Assembly: GCF_000150275.1 (NCBI RefSeq) | Contig: NW_002060959.1 | Span: 10,632-74,631, forward strand | Direction of reading: 5' to 3' | Length of the DNA: 64,000 nt | From: Trichoplax adhaerens | Lineage: Eukaryota; Animalia; Placozoa | Shown here: positions 1-11,987 of the stretch, one piece after another | Layout: each line of letters begins with the position of its first letter | Position numbering within the stretch: the stretch's first letter is position 1 | Notes under the pieces: model-generated | The model's database searches: none | What the model was told of the DNA's origin: nothing | Seen by the model: only the letters and a program-made list of their open reading frames with translations | Made by a program: the position numbers and the translations under genes

Positions 1-757
1 ATAGTTAGGCTAGAAATTTTAGTAATGAAAATGAATCCATGATAATTACAGCTAAACAACTGATTTACTTCAATGCTTTGATGTTCTATATAGAGGGTAG
101 AAGGCGTGAAACCTTCATGTATATAGCTGATAGAATAAAATCAAAGAAGTTAAAAGAATTTGGTCGAAAATTGAAATTACAGCCTAATGACGTTGATGAC
201 ATAGCCGATACGAGCGATGGCAGAATTGACAAGTGTATTCATCTGTTGGAAGCATGGAATACTACATTTACAGCAGAAGCGACATTTGATGTATTACTGT
301 CAGTTTTGAAAAGTTGCAAAGAGACATTAATAGACGATGAATTAAAATAAAATTACTTTTGCTGATGCCAAAATTATCACTACGTAATGATTGTATGAAT
401 GAAATTGGAAAGATAAATTATAGACTTAGAAAGGCGACCGGACAATGTTATGTGCATAAATTTTACTGGTGGAATGAATGGACTACTCTAGATATTTTGA
501 TTTAGTATAATTAAATTATGGCTTTACAAACCATTTCATTCCTTACATTTTTAGAATGATTTTATGCTTACTACTTCATACTGCATTGTCATAACATTTT
601 CTACAGGATTAAAGTTCGATCTATGATGCTTAGAATGAAGAAATTGATGACTGAGAAAGTTTCTTGTGCTTAAACCTGCTTGTGAAATACCATTCATTAT
701 TTTAATTTAGAAAATTAATTTATATTGAAGTTTATTGACATTTTCCTAGTTATGTTA
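1..757 (+). repeat. Segmental duplicate of ~31034-31788 (DD terminal exon plus 3' flank)
   Basis: Read-by-eye alignment is near-identical until ...ttattgacattttcctagttatgttacc, then diverges abruptly. Confidence 0.92.
94..350 (+). CDS. Terminal death-domain exon (DD type A) of a gene that starts upstream of the window
   Basis: Acceptor tctatatag|AG (phase 1); translates EGRRRETFMYIADRIKSKKLKEFGRKLKL..DVDDI..HLLEAW..ATFDVLLSVLKSCKE, a death-fold pattern; near-identical to 31127-31389. Confidence 0.8.
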
Positions 758-2302
758 CCACCAAGGCCCGCAATGACAGCGCACTCACAAGCAACGCCAA
801 TATTGAGTTATTGCTATTTTATAGAGAGACTGCCTCGTTAGTGTACAGCGTTATTGGCTAAATGCTGTATGGTAGGCTACGCTACTCTTAACGCTGACAA
901 CAACAGTCTTGATGGGTATGTTGTGTTGGCGCCAAAAGTAGTAAAACACGCCGGCCACTGCCAGCTCATTTGCATGTCAATCGTATACAGTAGAGTGTAC
1001 CGTTACAGACATACCATACAGTTGAAATAACTAGTAAAATCATCTATTAGTATGGTGAAGGTAGCTAATCGTGGGCTAGCACAACCGGAAGTAGTTCACT
1101 GCCAGGAACTAGTAACTAATATTACATTGCTAGTATATACTAGCTAGTTCTACTTCGGAAGTAGTTCACTGCCTTTTTTGAAGTAGTTCCTTGGTCTGGG
1201 CACCTGCAATTGGTATCGAAGCGACGATAGTGAATCGAAGAATTTATCAAGCACTCGTAAACGACAAACAGTAGATCAGTTAGGTAAGGAAATGAAGCAG
1301 TAATGGCTGTTCTTCGCATTGTAAAGCGATTAAATTACTCAATTAGTGTGTTGATATGAAAGTATAACTTATAAAAATTCGAGCCTAGTTTCATTGCAGG
1401 ACTAATTACTATAGATAAGTAGATTAGAACCAGCGCTATTAAAATTGAACATTTCTTAACATCGAACTTAATTTTGGGGTTATACCGTAACCATGGACTA
1501 CCATTTGTGCATATACACTGTTCTATTTGTTTGACTTACCGGCATCCATTAGGTATAAAATTGATTGATTTCATCGATAAAGATAGTGATAGTAGGCATT
1601 ATAACCTGTAATTAACGATTATGAAACAACTGTAATATTTTAAATCAGTTTTAAGGAACAATTTTCGCTTTTCGCTGTATTTACAATCATCAGCACTCTA
1701 AATTGGCCAATAGATCGCGTTGAACTTAAGATTCGTAAATCTGCGGTGGTTTCAATATAATTTGTTAGTTACTCGGGTAAATGGCACCATGCGTGCAGTA
1801 AATATGACCAATCTTTCTAAATATCCCTAATATACTGCACGGATACGCTAACATTGAGCTATAGTTACTACCTATTTCCGCTAATTGGATTAAAACTCTG
1901 CTATAGCTTTATTATTTAACTGACTTAGAAAAATAATGTAATCGAAGGTTACTATTAATTTCAAAACTTTCTAACATGCATCAAAAGCATCAGTTTACAT
2001 CAAATAGATTTTGCACTATTTTTGTTAACCATTACCTCTTAATAAGTAAGAAAATTTTTAGCATTGGCGTGGGTAACAGCAAAATAATCATTAATGAATA
2101 AGATACCAGTTTTTTAACACAGATTATTCCAAAATAATTACACATCCTCTACTACCCAACCCAACAGTATAAAGCGCTTATCTTAAATACAATCGCTTTT
2201 AATTAGAATTAGCGCAAAAGAAAAAAAGATACAGCTTCTATCAAAACTGTAGCTTTTCTCGAACTTAAACATCTATTTAATATTTTGGAAAAGCCACCCA
2301 AA

Positions 2303-2741
2303 ATGTCCTCAGGATTAATGACTCAAGAACATCGTGAAATCCTAAGAGCCAGTCGAATGTTACTTGCTCGAAAATGTCAGGATCAAATCTCACCGATATG
2401 TGAATGTTTATTTGAAGCGAATATATTAACATCATACCACAAACAAATAATCGAATCTAAATCGACGGCTTTTGAGTAAGAAGTTTTTATATAGTACATG
2501 TTCAGTAACTGTTAAACAGTATTCTATCTAATATGAAATGGCAAGCTAAATTAATAGTTTGTTTATTTACTGCAAGAATAAATTTTGTAGTCGGAGAGCA
2601 GTTATCGTAATTATTTAATTTTGTTTTACAGAAAAGTTTGCACTTTATTGGATATTCTGCCTGAGCGTGGTGATAGAGCCTTTGATGAGTTTTGCGATGC
2701 TTTAACATATTGTGAAATAACAGTGGAAAACTTCAATAGTG
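2303..2741 (+). CDS. CARD domain (exons 2303-2475 and 2632-2741)
   Basis: MSSGLMTQEHREILRASRMLLA...LFEANILTSYHKQIIESKSTAFE|KVCTLLDILPERGDRAFDEFCDAL; the LLDILP.RG..AF..F..AL motif is typical of caspase-2/RAIDD-type CARDs; donors GA|gtaag and G|gtaag, acceptor ttttacag. Confidence 0.9.
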
Positions 2742-5700
2742 GTAAGCATTAAAGTTTACAAATAGACCTAACGATTAAGACTTAAGGATGTGATACATGA
2801 TTATCCCACTTTCGAGTAGAAATAACAATAAAGCGATCAGAGTAGAAAATAGTACGACATGTACATAATGAAATTAGATTTTCAATTTACAGTAGTAGAC
2901 GATATGAAAACTTGTTAAAACAATAGCGATGTGTCGTTTCGACAAGGTAAATTAAAGATTAGTATCACTTTTTATGCTGTTATACTAGTATGTTGTCAAT
3001 GAACTATGTTTCCACTATAATTTTAACATGTTTAACTAGGACAAAAGGCTATAATTTATGATAATCATGTTGTGTAAGAGTTACAATTATTTAGATCATT
3101 GATAATTTAGTACTTAAGGTAATCGGTAATACGTACTTTTAACATGTATATAAATACTGAATTGAATTTGACATTAACCAGTACGTATTGAATTAACTTA
3201 TCAAGCTAAGAGCTTTTGTGATTAATTTATGTGTATTACATTAAAATATGATTTTTGATATTGCCTGCTATAATCAGCTAAAACTTTACCGCTACTTAAT
3301 CATTACATCCTAAATTTGTAATCAATTTGATATCGCTATAAATCTAACTTTCTGATAAATATTCTCTTTGTAAGTAGCTACATAGTAACTAAATTACCTG
3401 TTGTATCTGTTATTTAGGTCGAAAACCGAAAAACTCTAAAGATATTAAAAAAGACACAGGTAATTACAACTATAGACACATTTTAATGCTATTATGGGTT
3501 CATCACAATTTTAAGAATATCATTTATCCTTCTATGGTCGTTAAAATTTAATTATTATTAGGATTTGTCAAACTTTACTTAAAGTTATGTTTATGCAAGA
3601 TATTTAGCTGTACAGATACTGTAACATGAGATGAATACATTCCAGCTAGTGATTGTAACAGTGATTGTTATCAATGCAGCGTTTCACTTAGTATATAAGA
3701 TCAAATCTTACCGGTACGTAAATTTTCATATAAGTCAAACACAATACCATTTCACCTACAAATAATATAATCAAAGCTGAATTGACACCTTTTGAGCGAG
3801 CATAATCGATTAATTAGTTGTTTTTAATAATTAGTGTTGCTTACAAATGTTTCCTAGATCATTTTATGTTATTCTTCTAAAAGTAAGTCTCATAATAACA
3901 TATTAAGTTATAAGGCATAAATTTACATCTACGAGCGTCACTGCGTTGTAACACAAGTATATGAGGAAAAGCAATTGATTAATTGCTCAGTTTCTTGGTA
4001 ATCTATATGCTATTTTTCATTTTTGTCTTCAGTAAGGCTCAATAATGGGTAATGTAAAGATCGTCTTGGATTCGTATTCCATACATGCAAATGTAATAAA
4101 ACCTGTTCTACTAGCTGCATTTAGACTGCAAGCAATAAAAAGAATTTTATAATAGCATAGTTTTATTACTGATACTCTAACAATCGAAATACTAAGTAAT
4201 AGTATAACAGGCTCTGACGGACATAGAAAAATTTGTTACAACAGCAGATTTTTGAAACAAAGACTTAAAATAATAATAACAGAATAAAATAACTACTTAA
4301 GTACGTTCCCTAACATGTTTACAACGTAAAGATTGCAAACAATAACTCTTAATACTTACACAATCTAGTATGAGAACGAAGTTTTATGACTAGAATTAGA
4401 TTTTATAACTGAACTAACAGCCTCACTACAAGACTATTCTATAGTAGACATTGCAGTAATTTTGGTGCGTAATAAATAATTGATTTCTATTCTGTTTGCA
4501 TACGGAACTGTCGACTATGCTTTTAAGTCAATGAAATAAGGATTAGCATCATATCCTATATTATATGTCGTAATCGTAATCTAACTATATCTATTATAAA
4601 GACAATGAAAGACTCTATTTATAGTCCACAAATTACGGTAGATTTTCAATTTATAAGTTTGACATTTATGCTGACCAATGGTATATTAGAATGCACGGGT
4701 AATTGCAACTATAGAAACATTTTAATTCTCTCGTGGATTCAATGCAATTTTAAGAGTATTATATTCTTTGCTAAGCTCGTTAAAATTTAGTTCTTAAAAG
4801 AATTTATTATACTATACTTTAAGTTATGTTTGTGTTATATATTTAGCTATATAGATACTTTATCGTGAGATAAATACGTTCCAACAAGTAATTATAATTT
4901 ACAAAAATTAGCTACTGGAGTCGCAATGGACATGAAATTATCTTAAATCAAACTGTTTTGTATGATAATCATTAATAGTACAACTCATGTTCGTTATACT
5001 TTGCGAACCTTATATACTTTTACTTTTTATTGTCTATTAATTATCATTGCTACTTCTCACTAAGTATATAACATCATTACATCTCAAACAATTAAAGATA
5101 AATTGACGCCTTTTGAGTAAGCATAATTGGCTCTTAATAATTCGTAGTAAATAAGCGCATATATTTCAAAATAAAACAGCTCTACAGCACTAACACCGAT
5201 AAAATCGGGCTATATTACCCCAGAAATGATTTTAGTTTTCTTTCGTATGCATTCAATGTGCCTTTATACCGCTGAATTAATGAACTTGGGTTTATTTCGC
5301 AAGAATCTGAAACTAGTCAACAGGAAGGAATAGCAATACAAAACGATATGGATCCAATACAAGATGGTAAGTTAGTAATGGTCGTCTATATATCGTAATT
5401 AGTTTCCTTGCATGTATATACGATTAGGTGATGCCACTTATTACCATAAGATTAAAATATGTATGTTAGTTTATAATTAGCTTAGACGACATAAAATGAA
5501 ATAGTTCAATGCAAGCAATATTTTATACTTCAAATTGGCATGTTTAGAGGTGAAAGTTCGGCATTAGTCGCAATAAAGTAAAATAGAATAGTGAAGGGAA
5601 GTGTAATCTTTATTGAGCTAGTGTAAGAAAATAATCGTGTAACACTATCGGGTGAGTAACGACGTGACTAGTCGAATAACTATAGTAGTGTAGAATAGAT

Positions 5701-8154
5701 AAAGCGTGCAAGCATACCGTATAAATAACAGAACTAGCTAGCGAGATAGGCGAAAAAAGATAGCTTTTGTAATGTTAGGAGCACAGCAGGACGAAATTAT
5801 TTATGAGCGCGAATAATTCATGAAAATAGGTTACTTCTATTTTAAGCTAGTGCAACGGTATAATTTAGCTAGAGTACAAGATATTTCCACCGAGTAAATT
5901 GTTAAATATAGATCATACATATTTAGAGTTATGTTACAGTCTAGTGTAAACTAATACTTTCACTAAAAATTGACTATACTGTATTTAGAAGTGAACACTG
6001 CACAAATTTTATAAAGATATTAATGCATTTTGTTAGGAATTTTAGGAACGTCAATGAATTAATTACAACATCTAAAATATTATCGATATTCTTCCATTAT
6101 TTGATATTATTTAGATCTTAAAAGGCCTGATATCTTTATAGATATCGCTGATAATGCAAAGTCAATCAAAGTAATCGAACTTGGTCGAAAGTTACGATTA
6201 TCTAATAATGATGTTGACGATCTAGCCAATTCGAATGGTAACAGATTTGATAAGTTTATTCATCTGTTGGAGGAATGGTACTCTCAATTTGCCTCTGCAG
6301 CAACGTTTGATAAATTATTAGATGCTTTGCGTTCTTGCAATGAAGTAGTAGTGGCTGAGAAGTTGAAAAAGAAATACTCTATATCAAGCAAAAGTGGAGG
6401 TAAGATACGATTTGCGAGTACTGTATTGTATTTTAGGATAATTAACCACAATATCTAAGCCTAACATTTTCAATATGCAAGACGTATATAAGTATTACAT
6501 GATACAACTACGTCCTACCTCGCACTCGGTTTTTAGTCGCATTAATACCACACATACGAATCTGATATTTCAAATAATGATTGAATTTAGCTAAAATCGA
6601 TTGTTATGCATTCTAGAAAACACGAAGTTAGGTAGCCAATGTGCTACTGTAGATAATTCGACATAGGATATAAGCTTTACAAATAAATAAATGAACTATT
6701 TGATTGAGTAAATTCAGAAAATATACCAGTAACTAATTTTATAGCTGAAGTATTTAGCATTGCAGCTTTTACCAAACTAATCTGCTAATAATGCTACCTT
6801 TAGTACACTGTTCTATTTATTTGACTCACAGCATCTCTTAGGTATAAAACTTTATTGATGAAATCAATAAATGTAGTGGTAGTATAAATATTGAATTGAA
6901 TTTGACATTAACCAGTACGTATTGAATTAACTTATCAAGCTAAGAGCTTTTGTGATTAATTTATGTGTATTACATTAAAATATGATTTTTGATATTGCCT
7001 GCTATAATCAGCTAAAACTTTACCGCTAATTAATCATTGCATCCTAAATTTGTAATCAATTTGATATCGCTATAAATCTAACTTTCTGATAAATATTCTC
7101 TTTGTAAGTAGCTACATAGTAACTAAATTACCTGTTGTATCTGTTATTTAGGTCGAAAACCGAAAAACTCTAAAGATATTAAAAAAAACACAGGTAATTA
7201 CAACTATAGGCACATTTTAATGCTATTATGGGTTCATCACAATTTTAAGAATATCATTTACCCTTCTATGGTCGTTAAAATCTAATTATTATTAGGATTT
7301 GTCAAACATTACTTAAAGTTATGTTTATGCAAGATATTTAGCTGTACAGATACTGTAACATGAGATGAATACATTCCAGCTAGTGATTGTAACTTATAGT
7401 AATTAGGTAATAGAGTCACAACGTACATAAAACTATAACAAATTAAACTTCACTGCGTGGTGATGACTATTATTGTATTATCAATGCAGCTTTTCACTTA
7501 GTATATAAGATCAAATCTTACCGGCACGTAAATTTTCATATAACTCAAACACAATAACTATTTCACCTACAAATAATCAAAGCTAAATTTGCCGTTTTTG
7601 AGCAAGAATTACGTAAATTTAGAATATTCTTACCTGGAATTTAATTACGCACATAAGCATCGAAAGACAATAAAACCTATCATCATCAAAGATGTTGATC
7701 CAAAGAAGGATTTGATAAGTTCAGATGGCGAGAGAGATTTCTATGTTTTAGTTAGTGGTAAGGTCTACACTAAAATTCTTCGTCAAAAGCAAACAGATGA
7801 TGAATTCAAGAAAAAATTAGAGAAACTATATGGTACCGTTAAACAAAGAAATACGGGTCATTACATTTGTAACATGATTTGTGTATTCTTAGTATCCGTA
7901 TAAGAAATATTCTAATCACTTGTGTTTGCTTTAAATGATCTTTAAGTAGCAGTATGAGTGGTAAAGATCATAAAATATCGTCATGCAAAAGTACTTATTT
8001 TCACCGAACTATAAATTTGACGAATATAAATTTATGTTATATCTTGAAATTTTAGAAAGTATCGTCAAACCTAAGCCAGAGACCAAATCGAGTCAACAAC
8101 AACTTAGCCCTGCGAAAGACGAAGTTGACAAGATGGATACAGAAACGGCTCCAG
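2303..8154 (+). CDS. Multi-exon CARD - linker - DD - linker - partial TIR - linker gene; 3' end not found, possibly decaying
   Basis: Exons 2303-2475, 2632-2741, 3418-3459, 5304-5366, 6115-6399, 7152-7193, 7623-7856, 8056-8154 join in one frame using GT-AG sites; every intron after the CARD is phase 1; the 5304 acceptor and 7856 donor are weak. Confidence 0.6.
3418..3459 (+). CDS. 42-nt basic linker microexon (GRKPKNSKDIKKDT), phase 1-1
   Basis: tatttag|GT...ACAG|gtaatt; duplicated at 7152-7193. Confidence 0.7.
5304..5366 (+). CDS. Linker exon (ESETSQQEGIAIQNDMDPIQD), 5'-shortened
   Basis: Homologous to linker exons 56426-56509 and 57612-57695; donor G|gtaag; only a weak AAG acceptor. Confidence 0.55.
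6115..6399 (+). CDS. Death-domain exon (DD type A), 285 nt, phase 1-1
   Basis: tatttag|AT..; DLKRPDIFIDIADNAKSIKVIELGRKLRLSNNDVDDL...HLLEEWYSQFASAATFDKLLDALRSCNE; donor GAG|gtaag. Confidence 0.85.
6892..7603 (+). repeat. Near-identical duplicate of ~3158-3797, carrying a second copy of the microexon (7152-7193)
   Basis: Direct sequence identity visible (tgaattgaatttgacattaaccagtacg...), with one internal indel. Confidence 0.9.
7601..7856 (+). CDS. C-terminal half of a TIR domain (TIR_2-like)
   Basis: SKNYVNLEYSYLEFNYAHKHRKTIKPIII fits the TIR S..Y..S..C..E..YA....K.IIP motif (S and C altered); the N-terminal half is replaced by duplicated intron DNA. Confidence 0.65.
8056..8154 (+). CDS. 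99-nt linker exon (ESIVKPKPETKSSQQQLSPAKDEVDKMDTETAP), phase 1-1
   Basis: attttag|AA ... CCAG|gtaaat, open frame. Confidence 0.7.
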
Positions 8155-8959
8155 GTAAATTATAACTCATGTATTTTCTCAGTAAATAACAGAATAGTAA
8201 AGTGATGATAAATTTATGCTTCGCGCCTTTCAAAACAACGAATATATGACAATAAACATCTGAAACTAATTCTTTCATTTTCACTTCATGAATCACTCTA
8301 CTCAATTTCATTAATCTATTGATAATTTCAGCAAAAATAATTTCTTAGTATCTCAGTTACAGGATATTAATTGTAACTGTAGAAATCTTTGTTTACTGAA
8401 GAAAGGTTAATAATTATAATTAATTATTTACTTTTGGGGTTGAAGGGCGTTATTAGATTTATTATACTACCGTTTGAGAAAGTATGCTTTACAGACTTTT
8501 ATAATTTTCTAATCTGTAATATTATTGCCAATTTAGCATTGTACTTACTTCTTATTTACTTCTTATCCAAGATCTATCTAAGTTAAGCAAATTTTGATGA
8601 TAACATAATGTAAATTATCTTTACTCCACTCCTATTTTAACTACCCTATTTCGACGTCATTTATTGATATTGCTGACTATGGATTTACCAAAGATCAGTA
8701 TAAACATAGTTCAAAATATGAAAGGTAACAACTACTCTGTAGACTAATAACACATTTGAAACGTGTAGATTACGTACTAGTTGCTCTTAAATCATTCGTA
8801 ATACCTCATAGCTATCATGGTAAAGCCAAGATAGCCGATGCTTGACACTATGTAACTGAAAACTTCTTCAGGAAGATATCCTAAACTGTTAATAGTACCT
8901 CAAATGAGTTGTTAATCTAGTTAAATACTAATTAAGTAATATTTTAGAAGTTATTACTT

Positions 8960-10400
8960 GGGAATTCTACTGTGCATCATTTATGAAAGTACACATCATA
9001 CAAAAGCTCAGACACAATTTACCTACGATTTCTGTACAGAGCGCTATAAATTTAACAAACGAGCTACATATCACAGTAGATCAATTTTTATTACATTTTT
9101 TTGGCAATTAAACTTCAAGAAAAACTATCAGTTAATCTATAAGATAGATTTCTGTCGTTAGCGTAAACAGAGTATGCTTCATTACCGGGTACGGAAATGG
9201 AGCAGCAACTGCTGTTCTTCCTATTCTAAATCGATTAAATTACTCAATTAGTCCGTTAATATGAAAGTATAACTCTTAAAAAATCGAGTCTAGTCTCATT
9301 GTAGGACTAGTTACTATAGATAAGTAGAATAGAACTAGCGCTATCAAAATTAAACATTTCTTAACATCGAACTCAATTTTGGGTTATACCGTTATGCCCA
9401 GAATTCTACTGTGCATCATTTCTGAAAGTAAATATCGTACAAAGCACAGACACAATTTACCTACGATTTCTGCACAGAACGCTATAAATTTAACAAACAA
9501 ACTATGGTATAACGGTAGATCAATTATTTTATCTTAAACACTTTTTCTAGTGAGTAAACTTCAAGAAAAACTAAAAGTTAATCTATAAAATAAATTTATG
9601 TCGTTAGCGTAAATAGGCTATGCTTCATTGCCGAAGCTTCTAAAAGGATAGTGTTTTGCTACGATTTCTAAATTTTAATCCAAAAAAGCCATCAAACGAT
9701 CTTTCTTTAGAATAGGCAATTGCTAACATTTTTCTACTTGTAATGAAATGAAATGTGTAGAGATCAAGCTACAAAACTTTAACAAACTTTCATTCTACTT
9801 TCGTTGCACTCCGGTCGACTTAACGCTAATACTTTGACACCAAATAAAATTTGGGGAAATAAACGAACAATAATTTATTACAAAACAAAAATGAAGAGAA
9901 GTATAAACCGAACAACCTTACAAATACTTAGCTTTAAGCATTATTAAAATAAATGACAGACTTAAAAACTGTCAACGACCAAACAACCTTTCAAAAAAGA
10001 AGAACGTTCTAACTTACGACAATTCGACCCCGAAGGCCTTTTAAATTCAACAAGTTCTTCAAGTAAAATCTTCTTCTACTCTCCCTTCTAAATTTTTTAG
10101 TTGTACTATCATTTATAGACTTCGTAGAGCCATCTAATGTATTTAAAACTAAATATTTGCTAACCAATTGCTCTTCAGATCTGTTTTAGAAAACTACTTT
10201 GCACCATTTAAGAAAACAAAAATCACTCAAAGTTCAGACACATATTACCCTACGATTCCATTACAAAACACTATAAAACTAACAAGCTAACTATAAAAAT
10301 GCATCAAACTTCACTCCTAACTTAATTTCTATCATTAATACACTATAAAAGTCTAAAAATCAACCTTTAAACATCAAGATTTAGTCATAAAAACAACAGT
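8960..10400. repeat. Three dispersed copies of a ~220-bp non-coding repeat (~8960-9185, ~9401-9630, diverged ~10185-10400)
   Basis: Shared core ctactgtgcatcattt..gaaagta...cagacacaatttacctacgatttctg.acaga.cgctataaatttaacaaac. Confidence 0.7.
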
Positions 10401-10583
10401 TTAACTACTTAACAATCAACACAACCTCTACCAATTTCCATCTTATTTTCTATTTTCCTCACTAAATTCTCCTAATGTGACTTCGCAGTCACGTCATAAA
10501 ATTCCAAAGTTTTAAATTCATAACAAAAAGTCCAAATTTCAAAAATCAACTCTTACGATATTTTTCATGAACAAAAATCCCCC

Positions 10584-10653
10584 AAAATTAAATTAAAACA
10601 GAAAAATTATATCAGACAAAAATTAAATTAAAACAGAAAAATTATATCGGACA
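10584..10653. repeat. 2 x 35-bp tandem repeat
   Basis: aaaattaaattaaaacagaaaaattatatc(a/g)gaca occurs twice. Confidence 0.85.
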
Positions 10654-11374
10654 TAAATCTGACCGGTTCCGGAATCCGAATCCGAAAAATTCGGTTTTTA
10701 TAAAGATCACAGTAATCGCTTATCGAAAAAATTTATATGACTATTACGACTACTTTTCTGACATTAGTATCGCTGAGTATTCGCGAGTATTGACAGTTGA
10801 TGTTTTAGCGTCAGATTGTACGGTGACTGTATGATTATAGACTACATTACAGTACTTTATCGTCATGTTATAAATCCCCTTTCTCTAAGGATAGGGTTTT
10901 GCCACTAAGTCAAATTCCTTTACAATTTGAATAAACGATCAAACGCCCTTTCTATAGATTAGGCAATTGCTCTCGGGCTATTTCTATAGTAATCTATATA
11001 ATGCCTTGTAAAATAATGAAGAAGAAAAGATGGCGACATGATGATTTGGCAGGGTAAAACTTAAAAACACTATCACTTTCTAGGTATTTTCTATAGTAAA
11101 ATAGTACTAGTTACATACCAAAAAGCTATAAAGTACTCTACTTTTAGTCCTTTACTACATACTTATCTACGTATTTAAGATACAAAATTTGTTCATTATA
11201 GTGTAGTTCATACAAAACATATTAAATATTAGAATATATACCATCTTAAAATCTTATACCACATTACTGAATATAACACGATCAACTTTTCAATAATGAA
11301 CTATTAAAAAACTTTTCTGTAGTAATCGATACGAAAACTTGTGAGAAACGATAGCGATATGCCGTTCTGACAAG

Positions 11375-11987
11375 GTGAAATAAGGATTAGCATCATATCC
11401 TATATCATATGTCGTAATCGTAATCTAGCTATATCCATTGTAAAAACAATGAAAAGCTCTATTTATAGTCCACAAATTACGGTAGATTTTCAATTTATAA
11501 GTTTGACAATCATGCAGACCAATGGTATATTAGAATGCACGGGTAATTGCAACTATAGAAACATTTTAATTCTCTCGTGGATTCAATACAATTTTAAGAG
11601 TACTGTATTATATTTCTTGCTAAGCTTGTTAAAATTTAGTTCTTAAAAGAATTTATTATACTGTACTTTAAGTTATGTTTGTGTTATATATTTAGCTATA
11701 TAGATACTTTATCGTGAGATAAATACGTTCCAACAAGTAATTATAATTTACAAAAATTAGCTACTGGAGTCGCAATGGACATGAAATTATCTTAAATCAA
11801 ACTTTTTGTATGATAATCATTAATAGTACAACTCATGTTCGTTATACTTTGCGAACCTTATATACTTTTACTTTTTATTGTCTATTAATTATCATTGCTA
11901 CTTCTCACTAAGTATATAACATCATTACATCTCAAACAATTAAAGATAAATTGACGCCTTTTGAGTAAGCATAATTGGCTCCTAATA
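11375..11987 (+). repeat. Near-identical duplicate of ~4532-5140 (intronic DNA of the CARD gene)
   Basis: The ORF track shows the same pseudo-ORF at 4605 and 11449; direct sequence identity. Confidence 0.92.

Noticed and set aside
753-1222. Possible LTR (TGTTAC start at the duplication breakpoint; PBS-like TGGTATCGAAGC at 1211)
   Set aside because: No TSD, second LTR or gag-pol; imperfect PBS; fits a promoter equally well
2502-2708. 68-aa minus ORF and its twin at 14078-14263
   Set aside because: Antisense reading of CARD exon 2 and its intron; the twin reflects the inversion
4605-4790. 61-aa ORF repeated at 11449-11646
   Set aside because: Explained by a non-coding duplication; no domain or convincing splice context
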